Positions 32,701 to 45,049 of a stretch of 64,000 nucleotides of DNA are shown here, piece after piece. The DNA is from Chrysomallon squamiferum (taxonomy: Eukaryota; Animalia; Mollusca): assembly GCA_012295275.1 (NCBI GenBank), contig CM022665.1:47492001-47556000 (forward strand), read 5' to 3'. A program made the position numbers and the translations under genes. Under the pieces are notes generated by a model, which was given only the letters and a program-made list of their open reading frames with translations, had not been told where the DNA came from and did not search any database. The number at the start of each line of letters is the position of its first letter. Within the stretch, counting starts at the first letter, position 1.

Positions 32701-35700
32701 AATAATTTTTTTTATTAATTATTAATCTCAGATCAGCTTGACATGATTTTGAATTTTAACAAATAATTAAATAAAATCTTTGATCATTAGAAAAATGTCA
32801 AGAATTTATTTTTAACAACAGTTTTATAGAAAATCTTTTGTCATTCAGAAATGATAATATTTATTTTACAAAGAACAGCTGTTTCAGATAGAATTTGATC
32901 TCATTAAAAAAAAAAATTAGATAAATAGACATTTTACAAAGAACAGTGTTTTTAGAGAATATTTAAACATTAAAAAATGAAAATATTTATTTTACAGAGA
33001 ATCTTTGTTTCAGTAGAAACTTTATATATATTAAAAAAACAGAAAATATTTATAAAACAGAGAATCTTTGGTCAGTAGAAACATTATATTTAGTTTTACA
33101 GAGAATAGCTATTTCAGAGAATCTTTGGTCAATAGAAACATTATATTTATTTTTACAGAGAATAGCCATGATAACAACAACTCTGCAGTACAGTTTGGAG
33201 GGATCATTTCTCGAAGGTTTGGAGTCGTGTAATGTGGACATTCTTAGACAGTGTTTGAGGACGTACGCACTCATTGATAAAACAAAAGATGCTGAAATGT
33301 TGTTCAGGCAACATGTAGTCAAACCTTACATGGAGGAGGTACGTTACTGCTGAATTATTGTTTTTATTTACTTGTTTTTTTAATCAGTGTCTGTATATTT
33401 ATATTTAAATATTATAACTAGTTTTATTTTTTTATTTTACTGTTTTAATATTGCTATTTGTATATTTATAATTTAATGATTATAATTTTTTTTTTTTTTT
33501 TTATTATTTGTTTTTTTTTAAATTATTTGTATTATTATAAATTTGTTGTTGTTATTATTGTTGGTGTTATTGTTATTTTTTTTATTTTTGAAATTTTTTT
33601 TTTTTTATTATTTATTTTTTTTTTGTTACATACTGGAGATAAGTGTAAGAATTATTACAACATTTGAGACATTTTTGTTGCAGTTTTATTCATAAATCAA
33701 ATTTCTTAATTAGACATTTCTTTATGATTATTATTATTATTAATTTTAATCAATTATTATTCAGGTATTTTATTGTTTACACAGGTTATCACAGAGCAGT
33801 TTATCAGGTCACATGACCTCCATGCAATGTTTGCCAAAGTTCTTGAATTTGTCCCCAAGAAATGCAAAGTTCTCAGAGATGTCACTAGTGGAGGATCAGG
33901 GTGAGTTTATAAAATAATAAATAAATAAATAAATAAAAATAAATAAATAAATAAATATTCTTTTCATGGTGACCCTAAAACCCCCTCATAGGTCACAGAT
34001 CCCTGTACTATAGATGAGATAATATCGCCTCTATTTGAAAAAATACATTTTTGTATCTTTGTGTGTGTGTATTGACAGATGGATGGATGGATGAATAGAG
34101 AGAGAGAGAAAGATAGGTAGATATATAAAGAAGAGATAGAACAAACATCTGCCTTTGTTGATTAATCAGTTCTTGATGAGCTGGCTGTAGTGAATTTTCT
34201 TATTTATTTCAGTCTGTATATAGTGGGGTGATGATGAAAGGGGAAATAAATAAATAAATAAATATTCTTTTCATGGTGACCTAAAACCCCCTCATAGGTC
34301 ACAGATCCCTGTACTATATAGATGAGATAATATCGCCTCTGTTTGAAAAAATACATGTATGTATCTGTGAGCATGTGTTTGTGTGTGTGTGCATAGATAT
34401 ATAGATGATGTGGTGCGTTACGAGTGTGTATATATTTATTTATTTATTTATTTACTTATAACATCGACTATTACTGATTAATCAGTTCTTGAAGAGCTGG
34501 CTGTAGTGAATTTTCTTACTTTGTTTCAGTCTGTATTTAGTGGGGTGGTGATGAAAGGAGAAATCTTTGAAATTGTCACACATTTTATGTTTTATATCAC
34601 AGAACTACTGAGGTGGTTCAGTCTGTATTTAATGTGGTGATGATGAAAGGGGAAATTGTTGAAATTGTCACACATTTTATGTTTTGTATCACAGAACTTG
34701 AGGTGGTTCAGTCTGTATTTAATGTGGTGATGATGAAAGGGGAAATTGTTGAAATTGTCACACATTTTATGTTTTATATCACAGAACTACTGAGGTGGTT
34801 CAGTCTGTATTTAATGTGGTGATGATGAAAGGGGAAATTGTTGAAATTGTCACACATTTTATGTTTTATATCACAGAACTACTGAGGTGGTTCAGTCTGT
34901 ATTTAATGTGGTGGTGATGAAAGGGGAAATTGTTGAAATTGTCACACATTTTATGTTTTATATCACAGCACTACCGAGGTGGTTCGTGGATATGATTTTC
35001 TCGTGAATTCCGTCTGGCCAGAAATTGTCAGCAACTTGGAAGCAAGAACTCCATCCATTTTTGCTCCTGGGAATCCAAATATATTTCATGAGGTAAAGCA
35101 GAAATAGTTTATGCTCTTTATTGTGTTATAGAATGGCAGGCATATCTCTGTTCTGTCATAATATCACTCCAAAAACAAAAAGAACCATTTTATTTAGATC
35201 TGATGAAACTGAAATGTACTAAGATATTGTTAAAACACAGTTAATTTATTTTAGCCAATATATCTGTGTTTAAGCTTTCACTTTGTAAATATCTACTAAG
35301 ATATAGTACTATTTAAAAGGTTGTTTTGACTTAATTTATCAATGATTTTCTTATGATAATTTGTGTGTTAATATGATTGTAATATTAAATGGATTTAATT
35401 TAATAATTATGGTATCATATGAACTGTAGAGATAAAAAAATAAATGAATGATAAATGTTTATAAATATCTATAATGTTTATTTATATGTATGTATTTAAA
35501 AAAAAAACTAGTTATAACAAATTATAAATATAGAAGTACTGATAATAAAATCTGTATATTTATATCTATGTAGATACTATTATTATTATTATTAAAATTA
35601 CTTCTACTACTGTTATTATTACTACTACTACTACTACTACTACTACTACAACTACTTCAGAAGTACAAGTGCAGCATGGACTTTCTGGCGAGGTATGAAA

Positions 35701-36057
35701 GGTTGTGTGGGTCGCAGGCCAGTGTGGAAAGACTTCGTGATCACCCAAGTTACCAGACTTTCATCACAAAATGGAGTCTGCCGGTCTACTTCCAGATCAG
35801 GTCAGTCAAAACAGTTTTACCTTTTTCATTCATAAGTTCAAATTTGTGTGTTTTTCTTCTTGGTAATTACAGAGTAAAAACATCCACAGTACAGTTTTAT
35901 TGGTTACTGGGTTCAATTCCTTGCTGGTGATAAAACATTAATAAATAAAACTGTTGATGCTGTTATTTAAAAAGAGAATTAGAGGATGTCTGTTTTTTTT
36001 TATTTTATGTTTTTTCTATTATTTGTTTGTTTGATTTGTTTTGTTTTTTTTTTTTTT

Positions 36058-36088
<31 letters not shown>

Positions 36089-39000
36089 TTTCATTTTATT
36101 TAGTTTATTTTTTTTTTTTTTTATTTATTTTTTTTAAATTTATTTATTTATTATTAAAATCTTTTTTGCCATTCATTCTATTAAAAACAAATAATAATAA
36201 TAACAAAAATAATTTTTTTAAATATGAAATCCTAGGATTTAACTGATATATCTATACTAACATTGTTACTATATTTACATCGCTCTGTTGCAGATTTCAG
36301 GAAATTGCAGGTGCTTTCGAGTTGGCTTTGGTTACCGGTTTAAATAAAGCAGGTGAGAAAAACATTAAATTTTAAATTTGAATAATTACATAACTGTTAC
36401 AAAATAGAAATAATTTAACAAATTTTAAACATTTTTACCACAAAAATTTTCATTAAATATTTGATATAAAAGTTAATAAGGTAAATTAATCTAATCAAGG
36501 CATTCAAAATGTAAGATACAAAATAAATAAAATAAACGATTCAGTAATTCGAGGTGTAACAAGGTTGTTGTGTTGCTATGGAGACGTATTATTCTCACCC
36601 GTGTTTTTACCTGTAGAACCTTCCAGTGAGTTTCGACTGCTGTCCGCTGACATGCTGTGGGAGATGCTGGGGAGGGGCTGGGCGGAGGACGTGTTTCTCC
36701 CCTCCCTGGTGCACAGGTTCTGGAAACTTGATCTGCAGCTTCTGTCACGTTACACAACCTGGCTGGACGAGATTTACGAAGAAGAGGTATTTTTATTTTT
36801 ATCTTTAATTTTAATATGTATATATATATATTTATTATTTTTATTTTATTTTATTTTTTTTTTATATCATGTATATATTTTTTTTGAAATGTAAATTTTT
36901 TTTTTTTTTTTTTTTACACGAATACTTTATTTTCATTTTTAACATGAATATTTTTTTATATTTTTTTTACATATATATTTTTTTTTATTATTAAAATGTA
37001 TATATATTTTTTTTAATATATATTTTATTGTTATTTTTAATGTATATTTTCTTTTTATTTCTAACATGAATATTTTATTTTCATTTTTACCATAAATATT
37101 TTATTTTTAACAATATGTTTTATATTTATTTTATCTTTTAATATTTATATGAAAATCCTCATCTTTTAATATTTGTTTGAAAATCATTATCCTTTAATAT
37201 TTGTTTGAAAATCATTGTCTTTTAATATTTTTATGAAAATTGTCATCTTTTAATATTTGTTTGAATATCTTTAGCTTTTAAAATCTTTATAAAAATTCTC
37301 ATCTTTTAATAATTGTTTGAAAATCATTATTTTTTAATATTTGTTTGAAAATCTTTATCTTTTAATGTTATAAATCTTAGCAGACTAGTAAAGTTAGGTT
37401 TGAATATCAAAATGTTTTTAAAAAAATTTAGTTTGAGAAAACAACAACAACAAAACATCTGAAAAGTTCTGAAAATCGAGAACTGAAAAAAAAAAAACAT
37501 TTTCTCTTTCAGAATGTGAGAAGAAAGGAAGCAGCGCAGGAGAAACCCACCAAACCAGCGGGCGTGGCAGGCAGCGGGGTGGGGACCCCGCCCAGATCTT
37601 TCTCACCTCAGCCACCAGAGAGTTCCTCAAACCCACCAATCACCATTGGCCAGATTGTGTGTCTGATCAGCGACTCGGCAAAACTGACGCAGATGGTAAA
37701 ATTACAATTAATTACTTTGTGGAGGAGAGTGTTTGTTATTTTGATGGTAGATTGTGTTAAGAGGTGTTGTGTTGTAAAAAATTGACATAAAGGTAGATTT
37801 AAATCAATAATTTTATAGAGAGGAAGGGTGTAATAAAATCATCACAAATTATGTTAATTATTTGTTTTTATTGGGGGAAATGTTTAAATGTACAAGTTCA
37901 GTTATTTAGTTGTTGTTTTTTTTAATTAAAAAACAATGATTATGATAATGTATTAAGATGAATTATTTTAACAATTTTCATTTGTTTCATTGCTTTTTTA
38001 TCTGAAATATACATTTTGTGAATTTTTTTGGGGGGGTTTATGGGGTTTTTTTTTTAATTAATATTTTTTTATGTTTTTCTTTTAAATAAATGTAAGTTGT
38101 ATTGATCATTAAAGTGTGTAAACAATAATTTTAACTGTTTTTAAGTAAGATTAGTCAGTCTATTGCATGTTACCTCTAAAATATTTAATTATGTTTTTTT
38201 AAAATAAGTGTTTCTTGGGTTTAGCTATAGAGTGCAAATTGTAAACTAGTGTTTTTATTTTTGTTTTAAGTCAGTTTTACTAGAATGATAAGAAAATAAA
38301 ATTAAAATCTTCAGCTTCCAGGTCTGTTTGACAAGACTGTGTTGCCACGGTTACACGAGGCTGAGATTCAGGAGTGCGATACTTTGAAAGGTTGGAGATG
38401 TTTACATTTATATTAGTATTTGTTGTAAAAAAAAATATATAGAGAAAGAGAATACACAGCAGGTTAAAGAGAATTTTTGGTGTGTTTATTCTGGGAAGGG
38501 TTTTGGGGTATGATTGGTGTGAGTGGGACATGTGTGCATGTTTGTGGTGGTATGGCATGGTTTGTTTGTGTGTGTTTGTACATGTGTTTGTGTGTGTATC
38601 CATATGGGTGTGTGTATGGGTATGTCTGAGTGGACTTCTGGGTGTAAATGTGCAGGGGTATGTAGGGGTGTGTTGTGGGAGTTGATGGGTGAAAGGAGAT
38701 ACAATGTCTATAACAAAACTGAGAGACTGCTGTATGAATGTCAGACAATAAATATAAGACTTGTTACATTAAACAATTTCTAAAACAATATTCAGACATT
38801 TTTCTTTTATTTAAATAACTTTCCAAGGAATAAGGAAGAGATGTATTTTGAATGAGTTGTTACCTGTGTTAAGGAAGAGTGTGATTTTGAATCAGTTGTT
38901 ACCTGTGTTTAATTGTCTCAGTGACAGTATTTTGAATGAGTTGTTTACCTGTTTTAAGGAAGAGATGATTTTGAATCAGTTTGTTACCTGTGTTTAGATT

Positions 39001-41170
39001 GTCTCAGTGACAACAGGGAGGTGGATAGACTTACTAACCTACTAAGTTTGAGCAGTTTTAGTGGGTAACGTCATCACAACAGTGTTTCTAACTACCTGAA
39101 ACAAGTGAGTTTACTTACTAATTCCAAGACTACTAACCTACTAACACAACAGAGAGGTGTGTTTACTTACTAACTTAGAACCAACAGAGAGGTGAGTTTA
39201 CTTACTAACTTACTAACACAACAGAGAGGTGAGTTTACTTACTAACCTACTAACAAATTAATAAATGGAGGTATACTAACAGTAAAATGTATAGTGTAAT
39301 TGTTTTCTTTCCATCAAAAATGTGTAGTTCATTCTAACACAACTAATTATTTAATTTTATTTATCAGTAATACATTCTTAAAATATTTAACATTTTTTAA
39401 TTTCCCATCTTTATACAATTGATTATTCTTGTAATTTCTGGCATAGATATCCCTTTTGTCATAACAGAGTAATTATTTAAATCTGGTTAAACAAAACACT
39501 TTTTCTTTAATCTGAATAATAAATATCCAACAGCTCATTTTACATTACATTACTAGACAGCTATTTTATTTATTATTTTTTTTACAGAACCCAGAAAAAC
39601 CATCCACATAACAGAGATTAATTTTCTGAAACCACTAACAAAATGTTTAATTATACTAACACAACTAAAATATTTAGGTCAGTTTTCTTTCCATTGAAAA
39701 AAGTGTCTACTAATTAGATTATTTTCCTTTTTTCAATTTCCCATCTTTCTTTTCTGCTCTAGCTTTTGTAAAATTGTAATTTCTGTTTATATCTTCGTTG
39801 AAAATATTTAAATTAAAATAAAACACTGTAATTTGATTAAATATCTCACATTTTACATTATTAGTAGACAGCTGTTTTTTTTTTTTTTTTTTTTGTTTAC
39901 AGATAAGTTTTAAAAAATATTTTAATTTCTGAAACCATGAAAATGTTTATTTAATAAATATTTTATATAGTGAAAGTCTGCTAGTGCAAGTCTTTTCTGT
40001 GTGTACATATTTGTAAAAATATTCTATTAATAACACTGTATTTTTGTATATATAGTGATATGTATGTGACTGTTTCTGTGTGAGGTGTGTATGTAAATAT
40101 ATTAAAACAAAATTAAAGCTTTCATTAATCATGAAGAATAAGTAATTATTGAAGAATTCTATACTCCTATTTAAAAAAAAAAAATAGTAATAATATTTTT
40201 CTTAGTCAAATATTACATAAGGATGTGTTTTTTTGTTATGAATTTTAAAGACATAAATTAAAACTTTTATCAGAAATAAATACAAATTAGCATAATGATT
40301 TTTCAACATTATTAATGTTTATTTTGCGTCAGACATATTGCTTTTGTATAATGAAAATGAAAGACAAAACTAATTCAATCACTAGAAGTTTTTCTAAATC
40401 TACTTTATGTATATTCTGTTGTTTGTTTTCACTAAAGGTATTGTGGAGTGACATCTGAGGTTCTGACGTCAGTGAAGAAAATGGAGGATAGTTTAAAGCG
40501 ATTGAAAAAAGCTCGTGGAAGTGAGAAATCGTCAGGGACACACGGAATGTCGGACGATGACAAGATTCGACAGCAGATTGTCATAGATATTTCTACATTC
40601 GGGAAAGAGGTGAGTTTGAGTAGTTTGTTATGAAAAAAATAATAAATAAATAAGAACAAAATAATTGTCTTCAATTTTGTTACAGTGCATAAATTTCATC
40701 TGAATGCGAAAAATTAGTTACTGTTAAAATATTTGTCAGTAAATATGGATGTAATCATTTTTTTATTTTATAGTAAGAGGTATTTTCAGATTTTAATTTT
40801 ATATTTGTCATAAATAATGATTCACTTTTTAATTTTACAGATAGAAGGTATTTTCAGATTTTGGAATCATCAACCTATATTTGTCATAAATAATGTTAGT
40901 GGGTTTTTTTTTTTATACAGATAGACATTTTCAGATTTTGGAATCATCAACCTATAATTGACATAAATAATAATGTCATTTTTATTTTTGTTTACTGTAG
41001 AAGGTATTTCAGATTTTGGAATCGTAAGCCTGTATTTATCAGTAAATAATAATGTCATCTGATTTTTTTTTTCACAGATGGAGACATTTGGACTGAACCT
41101 GTTTCAAATAGAAGATTATAAAAAACTTGAACAATTGTCTGAAGAAGCAAAGGCAACAATTTCCTCATGA
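28900..41170 (+). CDS. COG2: Conserved oligomeric Golgi complex subunit 2
   Basis: Exons 28900-28980 (LPSGPSNLCFDKEEFM), 29406-29568 (ELINKDYADFVNLSTNL), 30025-30090, 30887-30967, 31352-31452, 32084-32189, 33159-33338, 33785-33900, 34969-35092 (GYDFLVNSVWP), 35661-35800 (CGSQASV..KWSLPVYFQIR), 36294-36352, 36617-36786, 37513-37695, 38315-38390, two garbled exons at ~38998-39191 and from ~39588, then 40438-40609 (SVKKMEDSLKRLK..MSDDDKIRQQ) and 41078-41170. The peptides match my recollection of human COG2 in colinear order. Confidence 0.95.
32220..32702 (+). repeat. ~36-bp AT-rich minisatellite in COG2 intron 6
   Basis: Unit CATGTAATATTCTGAATTTTTTGTTTTAAAATTTTA, about 12 copies. Confidence 0.9.
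34525..34986 (+). repeat. ~92-bp minisatellite, 5 copies, containing the COG2 exon 9 splice acceptor
   Basis: Each unit ends ..TTTTATATCACAG-AACTACTGAGGTGGTTC. The last copy is the true exon start, CAG-CACTACCGAGGTGGTTC. Confidence 0.92.
37135..37366 (+). repeat. ~29-bp degenerate minisatellite
   Basis: Unit approximately CTTTTAATATTTGTTTGAAAATCATTAT. Confidence 0.75.
40745..41080 (+). repeat. ~80-bp degenerate tandem repeat containing the COG2 last-exon acceptor
   Basis: TTTTACAGATAGAAGGTATTTTCAGATTTTGGAATCATCAACCTATATTTGTCATAAATAATG repeated about 4 times. Confidence 0.75.
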
Positions 41171-43004
41171 ACAAGTTTTAGACTCAAAGGGACTTAACTA
41201 CCATTTAGAAAATGAGGGGTGTTTCTTGGGAGAAAATAATTTTAAAATTTTATATTGTATTATATACTGGCAGTAAGAAAGTGGTACCATGGGTTAAAGT
41301 ACATGTATTGTCTAAGAGGGATTTTATTTTGCCTTCTTAAAGAGCTGTCCTTTAGCATGCAAATGGTGATATTTATTCTTAAAAAAAATTGAGATAAAAA
41401 AGTTATTTTAATGAACTTAAAGGTTAATTCAGAAAGTTATGGGTGGTCTTTCCAATGGTAGCTTTATCATTAATATTTTTGTTTTTCACTGTACTATGCA
41501 AAACTGGTTACAGAAGACATTTGATGCAGAATATTTATCTTTGTTGAAGAATTATTTATGTTGTATTTTTATGTTGTTTATTGTTATGATGTAAATAAAA
41601 AGTGGGAACATTTGCTTTAACATTAAAGAAGTATTTGTTTTGTTTGTTTTACTGTTATTGTCTTTGTTAATATTTTTTGTGTGAGGTAAAATAAGAACTG
41701 GGAACATTTCTCTTAATAGTTTAGTATTAACCCGAATGGGAACATATTGATTCATGTGTCCTTAAATCCAGTGAATGTCCAAGCTGGTCAGTACTGGACA
41801 CTGCAGAATTCTAGCCTGTCTCTTCATTAATATCTTAGACAATCATAATGATATGAGATGTACTGTTAGTAAACTGGGAAGTATCGGTAGTGAGATTTGA
41901 TCCTGGAATCTTACAGTTGTCAGAACAGTGGACAGTTACACTAGATGTAAGCCTACTGCACACGAAAGAATCAGAATGGTGCAGATTTACACAAAATGTA
42001 AATTTACAATGCAAGAGAGGAAAATGGCTTACTCTTTGAATTACTTCAAGTTTATTACATTGTAGTTACATTTCAGGACAAGACAGCTGCATTTAAAGTA
42101 AATTTTTAACACAATGACATTAAAATTAATTATTAAAGCTGAGGTTATACATACCAATTACCAGTTCAAGAATACAACTGTTAATAAAGAACTGAAGTAC
42201 TATTTACAGTAGGTGAAATGCAAATAAGAAAGAAAAAAGATCAAAATATTAACATTAGTTTACATTTTATTAAAATGTATTGCACAGGTCTGATAAATTA
42301 AGAATAAAATAAACATTTCCATTTGTTGTAGAAAATATATTTACACAAAACACCTTTAACAGATACAGTTAAACAAATGTATTTATGTAGATGATGCATT
42401 GAGAATCGTTTATTAAACAAAAAATAATTTACAAAGCATCTCTCCAAATGAAGGTTCTTTAACAACAGAATATTCTATTTTTATAGCACAGAAAAGGTTA
42501 CTAAGGATTTCCCCTAAAAACTAACATAAATTGATGAGAAACTGATTCCTGCCAGTTTACAACTGTCTAAAACCTGCACATTAGTAACACCAACACCAAC
42601 AATTTTTTTTAATTAAAAGCTAAAAAAACAAAACTAATCTAACTTTGAAATACAAGTTTCTTGTATTTTTGTCTAAAAATGAAGAAAAATAATAATACAT
42701 TTTTTTTTTCTTAAATATGTCCTAGCAGTAACTTTTGGTCATAAGAACAAATTTTTTTTTTTTTTACCTCACCCATCTATTATAAACTATTAAATAATTT
42801 AATTTAACTACGTTAATTCATTGAGCACTGAATTAAAAACCAAGAGATTAAAACCTTTTAATTTTCAAATAAAAAAACACACTTTATTCTTAGAAAATTT
42901 AAACTTTTAAAACCCAAGCCAAAAAAAAAAAAAAATAAAATAAAAAAAAATTAATAATTCCTTTACCACAAAATTTTAATTTCAGAATTTTACAAAAACC
43001 CTCA

Positions 43005-43241
43005 TCATCCTTTACAACTCTGCAGAACTTTCTTCGACACTGATTTTACGTGTGCCGCAGTGATAATTTTACTTTTCTCTGCCGTCGCTGCTTTATTGGC
43101 CTCTGCTGCCAGTCTGTGAATGAAGGCGATGTAGTCGAGCCAGAACAACACCTCAGTCCTCGACGCTTTGATCATCGTGTTTTTCTTCAGGTGTTGTTTC
43201 ACCGACCTTCGTACACTGGCTTTTCTGAACGGTGGAATCAT
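43005..43241 (-). CDS. CENPW: Centromere protein W-like histone-fold protein (78 aa, intronless)
   Basis: Basic 78-aa ORF. LDYIAFIHRLAAEANKAATAEKSKIITAAHVKSVSKKVLQSCKG aligns by eye with human CENP-W LNCLLFVHRLAEESRTNACASKCRVINKEHVLAAAKVILKKSRG, including the terminal G. Strong AAAA-ATG start context. Confidence 0.85.
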   Translation of the reverse strand: MIPPFRKASVRRSVKQHLKKNTMIKASRTEVLFWLDYIAFIHRLAAEANKAATAEKSKIITAAHVKSVSKKVLQSCKG

Positions 43242-43350
43242 TTTTAACTACGATTTCAATTGTTGACAGTAATAAATTATTTTTATATTATTATTTTTAT
43301 TATTAAACTGTTTTTATTATTATTACTATTATTAATAATAAACTATTTTG

Positions 43351-43403
<53 letters not shown>

Positions 43404-43527
43404 TGCTACTATTATTAAGACTTAACTATTTTTAATATTATTATTACTATTATTAATACTTAACTATTATTACTATAATTAACAATAATAATGATCTTTC
43501 TGTTACTATTTAATGTTTTGCTAATGG

Positions 43528-44285
43528 CTAATGAACTGCTGTAGCACCAAATCTCAACTCTTTTTCAAACTGTTCTGCTGTGAATGTACCCTCAAGTCTT
43601 TCAAAGTTTGGATTAAACACGGAGTAAGCACTGAGTTTGTCAGCTTTCTTCGGACCTGTCCTTGTACTGCGATAGATGATGAACAGAAGTGACACAGCAA
43701 AATAAACAGCACCGAACTGGAGTTCAAGAAAAACGGCCCACAACGCAAACCACAGAATAACTTTGAGAACACGTTCCACTGTCACTAGTCTCGGGTTTAG
43801 CTGACCGCTGTCACTAATCACAAGTCTTGGCTCATCATCTTCCCGATCACTAATGTTTGTAAAATCTTCTTTTACATTCTTGAGTGTCTGGATATAAATT
43901 TTATATAAAATTAGTAAACTATCAGTTATAAATGAAGGATAAAAAGTCTGTTTGGAATCTACAATTCTGTTTAAAATTTCATTTTTTACAGAAGTTTTTA
44001 AATTTATATAAAGTGTTGCATCAAGAAAAAAAAAAAAAAAAAAAATAATAATAATAATTATTTATCTCGGGCATGGTACGTTTGTTACAAATGTCACTAT
44101 TTTTGGGAAATGATGTTACAAAATGTATCAAATTTCTGAGTCCACAACATTTAAAACAGTTAATGTTTTATTACTAAGTGTAGAAAATTATGTTATCTTT
44201 AATCTCCTTAATTAACTTTCGTCTAAAAAGATTCTTATCTACCAATGTTAAATCTAATGATATTCTGTGTCATTTAATATTTGAT

Positions 44286-44359
<74 letters not shown>

Positions 44360-44673
44360 GATGATGATGATGATGTTGTTGTTTTGTTGTTGTTGTTGAA
44401 GTAAATTTAAAGATCTATTATCTAAAAATTAATTTAAAAAATCGTAGACTGGAGTCACTGTCGATGGTGACGTGTGTCTCTATATTTTTATTAACTTAAT
44501 GTTACTTGTGACGTTGTGTTATTGTTACCAAATGCAAATCAGTTTACCTGCTCTCCTTGTGACTTTGTTCCAAATAACGAAGTGACAGGACTCGGGATAA
44601 ACGATGTCCAGGATTTATTAGCAGATTGTTCTTTGGCTTTTTTCTCTCGATACCTAGCTAGCTGTTCTTCCAT
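43528..44673 (-). CDS. SAYSD1: SAYSvFN domain-containing protein 1 (161 aa, 2 exons)
   Basis: Exon 1 is 44673-44548 (MEEQLARYREKK..., donor GTAAAC). Exon 2 is 43887-43528 (acceptor TCCAG) and encodes a hydrophobic hairpin LKVILWFALWAVFLELQFGAVYF plus the signature SAYSVFNPNFERLEGTFTAEQFEKEL. Confidence 0.95.
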
Positions 44674-44794
44674 AAAGTACTTGTTTGAAAGTTCCTTCCT
44701 TTCAGCCAATGTTGTTATTTACCTCTCTTTTTCAAAACGTCTTTCAAAGGTAGGCTACTCTGTTTTTTTCATCCATTTCCGTTTCGTAAATTTG

Positions 44795-44841
<47 letters not shown>

Positions 44842-45009
44842 GTTGTTGTTGTTGCTGTTATTGGAAAGGCTTTCGCTAAATCAATCCTCATATCTTCCGT
44901 AATTATAGAAAACATAATTATTAATTATCTGTTATTATTATGATTAATAAAATAATGAAACATGATAATGATTACTTATTTATTATTTATCAATATGTTT
45001 TTTATATTC

Positions 45010-45049
<40 letters not shown>

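Noticed and set aside
33945-34560. ~300-bp tandem duplication in COG2 intron 8
   Set aside because: Non-coding local duplication with no exon content or element hallmarks.
28900-41170. COG2 as a pseudogene or programmed-frameshift gene
   Set aside because: Fifteen exons are clean and conserved. The defects sit at a short homopolymer and beside tandem repeats, as is typical of assembly error, and there is no slippery heptamer.
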